A DNA stretch of 64,000 nucleotides from Eledone cirrhosa. Lineage: Eukaryota. A program made the translations under genes and the position numbers. The stretch is taken from assembly GCA_964016885.1 (NCBI GenBank), contig OZ024741.1, positions 403,000,001-403,064,000 on the forward strand, read 5' to 3'. This document shows, piece by piece, positions 9,173 through 20,690 of the stretch; within the stretch, counting starts at the first letter, position 1; each line of letters opens with the position of its first letter. A model generated the notes under the pieces. It was not told where the DNA came from and did not search any database. It was given only the letters and a program-made list of their open reading frames with translations.

Positions 9173-11158
9173 TATAGCGAAGATACTGGGTTGTATGAAT
9201 GTAACAAGGAGACATGGTTTGTGTGTATAATATTTAATTAACAATCATGGATATATATAGAACAGTCTTGTTGACATGTCAAAGTAATAGATGATAGAAT
9301 GAAGCAAAGTTAGTAGATACCGTTTTGATTGCCAGGCAAACGCGAGACGCCTGGCGAAGGCCAGGCGCCGGAAGGGCAAATGAGAGGGAGAGAGCCAAGA
9401 GCTATTCGTTTTATAGGGTTCTGCCGGAAGTTACAGAAAGGGTTCTACTTCCCGTCTAGATGTTAATCTATTGGGGTTGTGAGTCACAACAAGGGAGGCC
9501 ACTGCTACATAACCTCCCGCCAGAATTTTAGAATATAAAAATCGAATGAAATATGTAGCAAGTTGGCGAGAATGTTGTAACAGGCATGAAAATTACGACA
9601 AAAGAATGTTTGCAAAAATCAATGATAGATATCAAGGTAGCCAACCGCTCTTGGCCAGAGAACGACTGGACATCTATCTATCCATCACCCAAAGATACAA
9701 TGTAATAACGTAAGAGAAGAGCTCAAAGTTCAAATGTACAAAATATAGTTCACAGGTGTGCAATCACATGACAGCAGGAAAGAAAGTGTGTTCCAGAGAA
9801 TGAATGCAGGTGGTTTCTGTTCTGTGGTATATCGTGAAATTTCCAACCTCCGAATGGATTTTCTCACAGGAAGAGTGCTGCAAAAATAAATTCTCTGGCT
9901 TGTTCTACTGGTTTTGGTTGTTGGTGAAGCTGTGTTGCTGTGGATGTTGTCTCGCGGAGTGAGCGTATTCGGTGTTTAAATTCACAGTAAAAAAAAAATT
10001 TTTCAGAAAAAATGAGTTGCGCAAAGTGCTAGAAATAACAGCCGAAGTTGATGGTCGATGTTGAGAATCCGTTGACCTGGAAGGGTCAAGAGGCCAGCGA
10101 CCAAAGAAATAAGCATTCTGAATAAATGCGCAGTTTTCAACGGCAAATTTACGTGGTAAATTTTTAAACCGGCAAATAGGAAAATATAGCTTAAGGCTGA
10201 AGAATCCCTGGCGAGAAACGTTATCTCTGGCGTGCGGCTATCTCTGTGAGTCGAGATATCTCTGTGAGTCGAGAATTTGTGCTGCCTACACGTGCCAATA
10301 CAAGGTTAAGTTAGGTTGAAAAAATAATATTTCTAACGCGCGAGAAAATGATAGTGCAAGTGTGAAAGTGACAATGATGAAAAAGAAAGGCTTCACTTAG
10401 CATAATTATTGGTGTGAACTTTGGAAAAAAAAACTTGAACGATGAAGAAAACGATGAAAAAAAAGGCAATGATTCATCGAAAATAAATGTTCCTGTTGAA
10501 ATGTTTTTTAAAGAATATCAAATTTCTTTTTTTTTTTTTTTTTTGAAAGTGTTCGTTGTAAGAAACGAGAAACATATATATATATCGTGAAATGCGACAG
10601 TTAGTTGATGCGTGAGAGAAAAAGTCTGTCTGTGCGAAAATTTCACATGTGCGTGGTGTGTTCGTTTCTTTTACTGAGTATTTTCATAGTTTGTCAATAA
10701 ATTTGCTGTGTATTCGTAATGTTACTCACACAACTCCAGAATCTGCTATTTTTTTCTTTTTTAGGGGTGACCACTTATAGCGATGAACGGCTGCGTGTTC
10801 GTATCACGTCAGGGTTACCAATATAGCGAAGATACTGGGTTGTATGAATGTAACAAGGAGACATGGTTTGTGTGTATAATATTTAATTAACAATCATGGA
10901 TATATATAGAACAGTCTAGTTGACATGTCAAAGTAATAGATGATAGAATGAAGCAAAGTTAGTAGTTACCGTTTTGATTGCCAGGCAAACGCGAGACGCC
11001 TGGCGAAGGCCAGGCGCCGGAAGGGCAAATGAGAGGGAGAGAGCCGAGAGCTATTCGTTTTATAGGGCTCTGCCGGAAGTTACAGAAAGGGTTCTACTTC
11101 CCGTCTAGATGTTAATCTATTGGGGTTGTGAGTCACAACAAGGGAGGCCACTGCTACA
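9173..11158 (-). mobile_element. Non-autonomous LTR retrotransposon (two 337-bp LTRs, ~1.3-kb internal region with no recognisable ORF)
   Basis: Direct repeats at 9173-9509 and 10822-11158 with about 4 differences seen. Minus-strand termini TGTAGC..GCTATA. 4-bp TSD AACA (9169-9172 and 11159-11162). PBS next to the 5' LTR and a purine-rich tract (ctggcgggagg) before the 3' LTR. Confidence 0.92.
10785..10820 (-). promoter_or_regulatory. Extended tRNA-Trp primer-binding site
   Basis: Plus strand gaacggctgcgtgttcgtatcacgtcagggttacca resembles the eukaryotic tRNA-Trp 3' half (GAAGGYUGCGUGUUCRAAUCACGUCGGGGUCACCA), including CCA. Confidence 0.8.
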
Positions 11159-11865
11159 AACATTTTGAGGAGACATAATATGAGAGGTTAGATAAGAGCA
11201 AGCATTAATATTGATATAAGGTAACTGAGGTGGAAAACATGAAAAATAGGAGCAGATGAAATGCAATAAAATAAAATAAAATAAAATACATGCAGTTACA
11301 TATAAATGAAGTACAGTAAAAATCATATATCATATATAGTTGTGGACAGAATTGATGCTGAGGAAGTTAGTAATAGGAGACAGGGGAAACATGTATTTCA
11401 AAATAAAGTTTAAGGATTAAAGTATTTTCATTAAAAAGGTTAGATGCAAGCGTATCATAGAATTACAGACAGGTGCAAGACTATAAGTTAGACCACACAA
11501 TTCAGCCATAATAATAATTTTACGAAACATTCAAAGGAGTTAATGTGTGGAGTAAATAAATAAAACAATCAAACCTTCAAAGTGAAAAAAACTCAATATA
11601 AATAGAAGTATTATAAGTGAGGTATTTAGAAGACATCGTCTGAGGCATAGTTCAATTGAGGACATTAAGTCATATACTATCAAGAGTATAAAGCATATAA
11701 CTTAACATAGAATTTAAAGATGTATATACATGTATATATATCTATATATATTAATAGTAATAATAATAAATATGAAGACTAAAATCCAAAGAGGGCTCGA
11801 TAAGGATAAATATATATCAAATATATAAGAACTGAGTTTCAGAAGATCCCGTTAAGGGTGAAAGC

Positions 11866-11905
11866 AGCGATTCTTTGCTTAAACTTTAATCTGTTATTTT
11901 AATAA

Positions 11906-11939
<34 letters not shown>

Positions 11940-11979
11940 TTATTAAAATAACAGATTAAAGTTTAAGCAAAGAATCGCT
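11866..11979. repeat. Perfect palindrome (~114 bp) centred on (TA)n
   Basis: agcgattctttgcttaaactttaatctgttattttaataaatg(ta)ncatttattaaaataacagattaaagtttaagcaaagaatcgct. Confidence 0.92.
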
Positions 11980-13203
11980 TGACCAGTTAATTTTATTGAT
12001 GATTTTTTTTTGTTGATCTTATTGACTGATGAATAGCTCTTGTTTATTTTAACATATCTGTTGAGCACTCTGATTCGATATGTGATAATTTGTATCCTTA
12101 CATAATTTACACATCACCGAATTCTTTCGCTAATATAAGGGTTCCCTCCCTTGCTGAATACCATGTGCGTTGTTTGGCTTCGGGTCCCCTCTGTATTATG
12201 GAACGAAATACTCGTTGAAGAAGCCTTTCCTCGTTCATCTCTTCTCTAGAAGTCTTATATATCCTTTATGTGGACTGATAGTGATCGGATTAAGGAATTG
12301 CAGAAACCCAAGAAGCTAGATTTAACATCGTTCTAGCGGGTCCGGGTGAGTTTTTTACATTCATTTAATTTATTAAATTATTGATATTTTATTTGAGTGA
12401 CCCGAATCTTCCTGGTCGTTCTTTTTCGGCTGCATGGGTGATTTTAGGCATGATCTCTATGTGTTGGTATTTTAACGATAGTTATAGCTCTGATTTTTCA
12501 AAATTATTGAGCCCTCTGCCACATATATCGGATATTGTTTATCGTGATTTCGTGGGCTGATATTCCGATTCTCGATTATTCTACTATATTTAGCTCTAGA
12601 CCCTAGCTATTGACCAGTTAATTTTATTGATGATTTTTTTGTTGATCTTATTGACTGATGAATAGCTCTTGTTTATTTTAACATGTCTGTTGAGCACTCT
12701 GATTCGATATGTGATAATTTGTATCCTTACATAATTTACACATCACCGAATTCTTTCGCTAATATAAGGGTTCCCTCCCTTGCTGAATACCATGTGCGTT
12801 GTTTGGCTTCGGGTCCCCTCTGTATTATGGAACGAAATACTCTTTGAAGAAGCCTTTCCTCGTTCATCTCTTCTCTAGAAGTCTTATATATCCTTTATGT
12901 GGGCTGATAGTGATCGGATTAAGGAATTGCAGAAACCCAAGAAGCTAGATTTAACATCATTCTAGCGGGCCCGGGTGAGTTTTTTACATTCATTTAATTT
13001 ATTAAATTATTGATATTTTATGTGAGTGACCCGAATCTTCCTGGTCGTTCTTTTTCGGCTGCATGGGTGATTTTAGGCATGATCTCTATGTATTTAACGA
13101 TAGTTATAGCTCTGATTTTTCAAAATTATTGAGCCCTCTGCCACATATATCGGATATTGTTTATCGTGATTTCGTGGGCTGATATTCCGATTCTCGATTA
13201 TTC

Positions 13204-13208
<5 letters not shown>
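11979..13208. repeat. Tandem duplication of a ~600-bp unit (11979-12586 and 12610-13208)
   Basis: Both copies start ttgaccagttaattttattgatg and end ctcgattattctactata. They are near identical, separated by a short spacer. Confidence 0.92.
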
Positions 13209-13261
<53 letters not shown>

Positions 13262-13624
13262 CGTTTCTGAATTTGTTTAGCAAGATTGTTTATCTGAAAT
13301 CGTGTGTTGAAACCGATATTGTTATACTTTGGGAGGGTCATGTTGCCAATAAGAAACACACGCACCAGTTGCTTTCACTTCAATTTATTATATATTTATA
13401 AATTTATAAATTTCTGGTTGGTTGGTTGCTTCCACAACCAGATAGTTGTTTATATATAGTCATAGTTCTTTCGTCACACACTCTGTGACCTCTTCAGTGA
13501 CTGGGGATTCCTTTCTTTGTTTCTGTGCCTCTCCTTTGTTCTGTCCTACGCCATTTTGTTTCTGTGTGTGTGTTGTGTGTGTTGTGTGTGTGTGTTGTGT
13601 GCACACAACACACACACAGATTTA

Positions 13625-13908
13625 CTCACTATGGTTACTTTTACTGAATCGGTTTCCAGTCTCAAAAATAAATGGACAGTCCTTGCGGCCTTCCATTGAA
13701 AAGATAAACTCTCGTCAGAAGGTTCTTTTCACTCGGAGAATATAAAATTCCCGAGTTCAAATTACGAACTGGCGTTATTCAAAATTGTTCCCGAGATGAG
13801 AATGAATGATGTCAAAGCAATTCTGTCCAGTGCCGTGTGTAAAGATAGAAGCAGAGGCAGGGAGGTCAGTCTACTCGAAACCGATTCGGTAAAGGTAACC
13901 ATAGTGAG
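13625..13908. mobile_element. MITE with ~35-bp TIRs and TA TSD (Tc1/mariner type)
   Basis: ta|ctcactatggttacttttactgaatcggtttc ... gaaaccgattcggtaaaggtaaccatagtgag|ta. Confidence 0.8.
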
Positions 13909-14042
13909 TACAGTGAATTTTTTGAAATTTATTTTGAAACTTTTTCTTATTTGCTAAGCCTTGATTATATATATATATATATATATAAACGAAAAAAATG
14001 AAACAAAATTTCATTTCCCACTCTTAGTATGGCTGTTACTTA

Positions 14043-14539
14043 AATATAAGTATGTACACGTACATACATATATGTATACAGACGTACAGTAGTATGTATA
14101 TATATATATATACATGCACAAATATATATATGTACGTATGGATTCACCGAACATTTATTATAATGCTCGGTGTGTTTGTAAACAAACATCCCATATTAAG
14201 CCGTAGTGTCTAGCAACCATCGTTGCTCGTTTGTTCAACACTGACAAAAGAACGCTGTACTAGTTTCAAGCTTATTAGCTATCGTCAGCAACATATACCT
14301 TCCTGCCAGATTGTTGAACGTATATACTTACCATATGCATATTAACGGCTGAGTAGCCCAATTTGCAAATCGAGTGGGTTAATCGGCCGGGTGCACCGAA
14401 AACGATAAACGGAAAAAATGAAACGGAAAAAATAAATGTTCGGTGAATCCATACGTACATATATATATGTGTGCATGTATGTATATATATATACATGCTA
14501 CTGTACGTCTGTATACATATATGTATGTACATGTACATA

Positions 14540-14546
<7 letters not shown>
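14043..14546. repeat. ~115-bp inverted repeats enclosing a ~270-bp core (MITE-like foldback)
   Basis: ..atgtacgtatggattcaccgaacatttatt (to ~14160) versus aataaatgttcggtgaatccatacgtacat.. (from ~14431). Confidence 0.8.
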
Positions 14547-14578
<32 letters not shown>

Positions 14579-15044
14579 TATTTGAATACGAATAATTCTG
14601 CAACATTTGTCAGATATTATAATTGCCTGCCTGCAATAATATTGGTCAGGCATAATAAATTCTTAGAAGTCATTCAAGTTTTCAGCTTTGTCACTTTCTT
14701 CCCATCAGACCATAGTATATAGAATGTCAAAAATGACTAACTAGAGTTAAGTGAGGTGAAATATCTACTCTTTTTGAATTCTTTCTGGTCATCCATGTTG
14801 CCTGTTTAAACACTACTCTTTAACCCTTTAACATTTACATTACTCTCTACATACTATTATATTTTTGTGGTGAAGGCTTTATCTTACATAATTATCTCAC
14901 ATAATATCGAATCTATGAGATTTTGATATTATTTACTTTGAGAATACCTTAACATCAGTATGAGTGGCTGGTTACAACCAGTTTGAACAGAAAAAGGTGA
15001 GAGAATTCTGGCCAGATATGGCCAATCCTCTATCCTGCCTAATG

Positions 15045-15440
15045 CTATAGTGTTTGGTACAAAGCCAAGAATTTGGGGAATGGGGAGGAAAAAGTCGATT
15101 AAATCAACCCCATGCTTCCCAAAATTCGCCAAAACTACACCTGATGTCCCCCTTCCATACACATGCACACAGGTGTATATCATGACTCATGCACTGTTCA
15201 TTTTCCTGACGTTTGTACTCTACATACACTTTTGATGAGTTGTAGTGCACCTGAGCACTGTACACAATATTTTCATTATTATAACCCCAGTAAATTACCA
15301 GTACTTTATTTTATCTACACCGTAAGGATGAAAGGCAAAGCTAACCTTGGCAGGATTTGAACTCAGAACATAAAGGGATGTGACTATATGGCACAAAGCA
15401 TGTTATCCGACACTCTACCAATTCTACTGCCAACCCACCA
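15045..15440 (-). mobile_element. Cephalopod-type tRNA-derived SINE interrupted by a CR1 3'-end fragment (15110-15282, plus strand)
   Basis: Reverse complement of the SINE at 35805-35995 (B box gagttcaaatcc). The insert matches 37209-37395. Confidence 0.7.
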
Positions 15441-16105
15441 CCCTACATAATGCTATAGTGTTTGGTGGGACAGACACCAAATAGTGAACTGTGGAATATA
15501 CAGGGTGTCCCCCAAAAAATGTATGCACACTTCAACAGCATTCTAATAAATATTGCCTGTACAGATAATCAAAGTGTGTATACATTTTTTGGGAACACTC
15601 TATCTATTGATTTCTACAAAAAGTACAAAGAAACCAATAATATTTTGGGTGTATAAATGATTACTTTTACCAAAGTATCATATATAGAATCTCACTATAA
15701 ATCTATATCCTTGTCTTGTATCAATCTTAGAAATCAATATTTATATATAAAAACTATAAAATATTGATGGAACATTAAAAGTGTGGCTTATTTTCAGTTA
15801 ATATTTAGACAATATATAAAACAAATAGAGCAAAATATTATTATTGTCACATCTTTCTAGAATTAGTTTTCTCGCCATAATAAGGAATCGTATTAAACCT
15901 TCTTTTAATAGTTTTTTTTACTGAAACTGGATTATTTCTGGTTTTGACAATTATTTTATATCACCTTCTCTAATATTAATCAGCCAATATGAAGTTCTAT
16001 AATAAAATATATATCTAGGGGTTTACCTTTCCACATCATTTTATAAAGGATATCACCTGACTTACTATGACACCTGACTTATTAAGGATATCACCTGAGA
16101 TATTA
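15322..16105. repeat. ~780-bp segment duplicated in inverted orientation at 35140-35920
   Basis: Near-identical reverse complement, e.g. ctaggggtttacctttccacatcattttataaagg / cctttataaaatgatgtggaaaggtaaacccctag. Confidence 0.92.
15501..15602. mobile_element. ~100-bp Tc1/mariner-type MITE (second copy at ~35644-35744)
   Basis: ta-cagggtgtccccaaaaaatgtatgcacac ... gtgtgtatacatttttgggaacactc-ta. Confidence 0.7.
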
Positions 16106-16215
16106 AGGTTATCACCTGACATATTAAGGATATTATCTGACTTATTAAGGATATCTCCTGTCTTATTAAGGATATCATCTGACTTACTATGACATCTGAC
16201 TTATTAAGGATATCA
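16045..16215. repeat. ~21-bp minisatellite (ttattaaggatatcacctgac), with further patches at 19870-19890, 20565-20690 and 21473-21545
   Basis: Direct reading of tandem units. Confidence 0.8.
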
Positions 16216-19200
16216 AGATAAGGATGCCAAAGATAAAGACAAATTCACCTCATGCTGCCGGACGAGAATGCAAGGACTCCTCCTCCTTGTTTCGGCCGCG
16301 GATGGCTAACATAACCCCCCCCCCCCCCGCACTCCACCGCTCCCACCCTCCAAACGCAATCCAAAACTTCAGAGTTGGTACCATGAATGTAGGTTGTAGA
16401 AATGCTTGAACGTAAGGAGGTCGTTGTTTGTTGTATTCAAGAGACCAGGTGGAGGGATGGGTCTGCTAGATTCATTGTGGGTAAAGAACGATGTTATAAG
16501 CTTTTCTGAGTGGGAAATGACAATGGGCTGGGTGGAGTAGGAATCATGGTAGCAGAAAAGTGGGCAGATAAGATAATAGACGTAAATAGAGTGAACGACA
16601 GAATAATTAAAATAAGACTTGTCCTCAATAGAACTACTGTAACAGTAATATCTGCATATGCACCACAATCCGGACTGCCTGGCGTTATAAAAGACAGATT
16701 CTATGAGACGTTAATGCTCACTACCTCCCAAATAACCGACAGTGACTACATAGTTATCGCTGGCGACCTAAATGGTCACGTTGGACAACATTGTGACGGC
16801 TATGACGGAATGCATGGAGGCTATGGGTTTGGTACTAGAAATGAGGAAGGCTCCAGAATCCTGGAATTCTGTGACGCAAATAACCTAACTATCTGTAACA
16901 CTAACTTAAAAAAAACAAGACAATCACTTGATCACCTATAGATCGGGGGAACACACAAGCCAGGTAGATTATATCCTTACCAGGAGACGTGACAGAGTGT
17001 CTGTTGTAAACACTAAATCCTTCCCCCATGAAGAATGCACCTCTCAATATAGACTCATAGTCAGGACGAGACGTACTTGACAACAGAAGAGGACTATCCT
17101 CAGGAGAAAAAAATATGGAAGTTAAAAGACCCCACAGCCAGTAATAAATTTAAAAGCATATTACTTGATGCTTTTGATAGTAAGGAAGAGCAATTAGAGT
17201 CGTACAATATAGAGGAACAGTGGGAATTCCTGAAAGCTAACCTGCTGAAGGCGACAGATGAAACCTGTGGCTGGAGCAGACCTAAAGGCAGGAGGAGAGT
17301 AACTTGGTGGTGGAACAGTAAGGTGGAGGGGTCAATCAAGGCCAAAAAGCAGGCTTGGAAAGCATGGCGGGATGGGGGAAGTAGAGAAGACTATCAAGTG
17401 GCCAGGAGGGAAGCTAGGAGACAAGTGTACTTCGCAAGAAGGGAAGCAGAGGAAAGAAAGTTCAAGCATGTTCTACAATGCGAGGACCAAAAACGTGAGG
17501 TGTTCAGGATTGCTAGGCAATGTGTCAAGGAAAACAGTGATATTGTCGGGGAGAAGTGTGTCCTTAATGATGATGGTGTACTTGCCATCACTGACGCTGA
17601 TAAGAAGGTAGCTTGGAAGTGTCACTATGAAAGGCTACTAAATGAGGAGAATAATTGGGAGAAAGACAGTCTCCCCCACATCGACCCAATAGAGGGACCA
17701 GCAGTGCAAGTTGAAGGTAGTATAATAAGTAAGGCAATCAAAGACATGAAGACGGGCAAGGCAGCCGAGCCTTCGGAAATAGTTGCTGAAATGCTGAAAG
17801 CATCTGGAACGGTGGGACACACTATGGTCACTCGGATAGTAAACCAAGTCATACAGGATGGGGTCGTTCAGAAGGACTGGCGTAGCAGCATCATCATTAA
17901 CTGCTACAAGGGTAAAGGTGATGCCCTAGATAGGGGAAACTATAGAGGCATTAAATTAATTGACCGGGTCATGAATGTCACAGAAAAAGTAATAGCGCAA
18001 CTAATCAGAGAGCGAATTGATCTAGACGAAATGCAGTTCGGGTTTGTGTCAGGTAAAAGTACAACAGACGCTCTCTTCATTGTACGACAACTACAGGAGA
18101 AGTACCTAGCTAAAAGTAAACCCCTATACTTAGCCTTTGTTGACTTGGAGAAAGCCTTTGACAGAGTACCCCGCTCGATTATCTGGTGGGCCCTTAGAAA
18201 ACCAGGTGTTGATGAATGGCTTGTGAGAGCTATACAAGCCATGTATAAAGAAACAGTCAGCAAGGTTAGAATTAACAACGAATATAGTGAAGAGTTTAGC
18301 ATAAAAGTTGGTGTTCATCAGGGCTCCATTCTTAGCCCCCTACTATTTATTATTGCCCTTCAGGCTATAACAGAGGAGTTCAAGACCGACTGCCCATGGG
18401 AACTCCTATATGCAGATGATCTAACTCTCATAGCTGAATCAATGGCGGAACTAGAGAAGAAATTCCAAACATGGAAGCATGGCCTAGAATCAAAAGGCCT
18501 TAAAGTTAATTTGTCTAAGACTAAAGTTCTAGTTTGTAGGAAGGAAAATAGGGCACCGGTCCCATCTGGGAAATGGCCATGCTCAGTGTGTAGGAAAGGA
18601 GTAGGCAGAAACTCCATTTTATGTCCCAAATGCAAAGTATGGGTGCATAAAAGATGTAGTGGGATCACAGGTAAGCTAACTAAGAATATAGATTTTATAT
18701 GTGGCCGGTGCTCTGGTGCAATAAGTAGCAGCAAGTGCCCACAGAATACTAGCTCATTCCATTGCACAGATGGTTCTATAGAAATAGTGGACAGCTTCCA
18801 TTACCTGGGTGACAAAATCAGCAGTGGGGGAGGGTGCTCTGAAAGTACAGTAGCTAGAGTCAGAACGGGATGGAAAAAGTTCAGAGAGCTTATACCACTA
18901 TTGGCCACTAAAGGGTTCTCTCTAAAAATGAAAGGCAGGCTGTATGATGCCTGCATACAAACAGCAATGTTACATGGCAGTGAGACCTGGGCATTGTGTG
19001 CAGAGGATATACGCAGACTAGAGAGGAACGAAGCTTGCATGCTCCGCTGGATGTGCAATAGTAATATACGTGAACGGCAAAGCATAAACGAACTAAGGAA
19101 AAAATTAGAAATAAGAGGGATCAGATGTTGTCTACTCGAGAGAAGGCTACGTTGGTACGGTCACGTGATGCGCATGAAAGACGACAGCTGTATAACAAAG

Positions 19201-19860
19201 TGCAGGGCAATAAAGGTAGACGGTAGCCACGGAGTAGGCAGACCCAGAAAAACATGGGACGACTTGATAAATTCCGACCTCACACACTTACACCTCTTCA
19301 AGACAATATCACTGGACCGAGATCTTTGGCGCTACACAGTTATACAGAAGACCCGCCTTGCCTAAGTAAAAGCAAAACCTACAGTCAGTAGGCACCTCTA
19401 ACAAAATACCGCCCCCCCCCCCCCCCCTTAAATGTGAAGTTATGTTGGTACCACAACATCCAGTCCGAAACAAATGAGGTCGTGTAGGTGTCACGACAAA
19501 AAACCACACAGTCCACGCTGTAATGTGGCTGTGTAGGTAACACAGTAAAAACCTCCCAGTACACACTGTAAACGTGGTTGGCGTTGGGAAGGGCACCCAG
19601 CCGTAGAAAACCCGCCAGATGTGTAGGTGTCACAACAATAAAACACACAGTCCACGCTGTAATGTGGCCGTGTAGGTAACACGGTAAAAACCTCCCAGTC
19701 CACACTGTAAACGTGGTTGCTGTTAGGAAGGGCATCCAGCCGTAGAAAACCCGCCAGACAGTCCTGAGCAAGACAACCAATCTTGCCTCAAGTGGGACAA
19801 TTCCCGTCCAGACACATGTTAGCGTGGAAAATGGACGTTAAACGATGATGATGATGATGA
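16216..19860 (+). mobile_element. Near-full-length RTE-clade LINE: disrupted APE endonuclease, RT, 3' UTR and (GAT)n tail
   Basis: APE motifs FRVGTMNVG, CIQETRW, ISAYAPQ, AGDLNGHVG, QVDYIL with a stop and frameshifts. The tail reads gtggaaaatggacgttaaac(gat)n. tgacttattaaggata occurs on both sides. Confidence 0.93.
17077..19365 (+). CDS. RTE LINE reverse transcriptase with an embedded PHD-type (C4HC3) zinc finger
   Basis: NYRGIKL, QFGF, FVDLEKAFD, GVHQGSILSP, LYADD. CSVC..CPKCKVWVHKRC..CGRC at ~18580-18710. RLRWYGHV..GRPRKTW. Confidence 0.9.
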   Translation: MTTEEDYPQEKKIWKLKDPTASNKFKSILLDAFDSKEEQLESYNIEEQWEFLKANLLKATDETCGWSRPKGRRRVTWWWNSKVEGSIKAKKQAWKAWRDGGSREDYQVARREARRQVYFARREAEERKFKHVLQCEDQKREVFRIARQCVKENSDIVGEKCVLNDDGVLAITDADKKVAWKCHYERLLNEENNWEKDSLPHIDPIEGPAVQVEGSIISKAIKDMKTGKAAEPSEIVAEMLKASGTVGHTMVTRIVNQVIQDGVVQKDWRSSIIINCYKGKGDALDRGNYRGIKLIDRVMNVTEKVIAQLIRERIDLDEMQFGFVSGKSTTDALFIVRQLQEKYLAKSKPLYLAFVDLEKAFDRVPRSIIWWALRKPGVDEWLVRAIQAMYKETVSKVRINNEYSEEFSIKVGVHQGSILSPLLFIIALQAITEEFKTDCPWELLYADDLTLIAESMAELEKKFQTWKHGLESKGLKVNLSKTKVLVCRKENRAPVPSGKWPCSVCRKGVGRNSILCPKCKVWVHKRCSGITGKLTKNIDFICGRCSGAISSSKCPQNTSSFHCTDGSIEIVDSFHYLGDKISSGGGCSESTVARVRTGWKKFRELIPLLATKGFSLKMKGRLYDACIQTAMLHGSETWALCAEDIRRLERNEACMLRWMCNSNIRERQSINELRKKLEIRGIRCCLLERRLRWYGHVMRMKDDSCITKCRAIKVDGSHGVGRPRKTWDDLINSDLTHLHLFKTISLDRDLWRYTVIQKTRLA

Positions 19861-20690
19861 TCATCATCATCACTTGACTTATTAAGGATAACCGTTTAGC
19901 AGTAAAAGATAGTTGCTAGGTTGTAGCTTGATGTTACTTGGTTGAAACACTTTAGCAGATGAATCTTTAATATAGTTGTTGTTGGCAAGTGTGTAAGTGA
20001 AGTTGATCTCAGTGAGTTGAGAGAAGTTATGCCATCTTTAAGGAAACAAAAACTGTACTCACTTGTGGTGGTGTGAAGTGATATTACCTTGGGAAAAATG
20101 ATTTCCCCATATCACGTTAGAAGAAATATTTTAAAGATCTGTGAAGATTCAATGGTGGCAGAAATTATGAGAAATTATTATAAAACGTTTTATAAAGGGT
20201 TTATTTTCTTCCGTAAAATATTACAATAAAATGCTGCCGACATGCTGCATGAGTAAGTAGAACAAAAATGGAGTGTTGGTTATTGTGTAGGAAGAAAGTA
20301 ATTAGACCCTTGCCGATAGGGCCAAAGATTCTTGTTTTGTGCCACATCTTGCTAGTATCGACAGGGGACGGAATTAGGTCTTGTCTCCTCGAAGTGAAAG
20401 CAGCAACTGTGTAGACGAGAAAAAAAAGCGTGAACTCGTTTGCTGGGGAGAAAAAAAGTACCTGGTATTTCTACGCCGCTGACTTAGAGGACTGGCGTCT
20501 TACCAAGCACAAGCCACTTGTTCCGCCGCGGTAAGTAGTGCCTTTGCTTACTACAACCTGAATTATTAAGGTTCACCTGACTGATTAAGGATATTACCTG
20601 ACATATTAAGGATCAACCAATATATTAAGGATAAAACCTGACCCATTAAGGATATCACATGACTTACTTCAACACCTGACTTATTAAGGA

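Noticed and set aside
12026-12075. Box C/D snoRNA or hammerhead (TGATGA..CTGA)
   Set aside because: The boxes are too close, there is no terminal stem or GAAA, and the motifs are altered in the homologous copy near 7160-7205.
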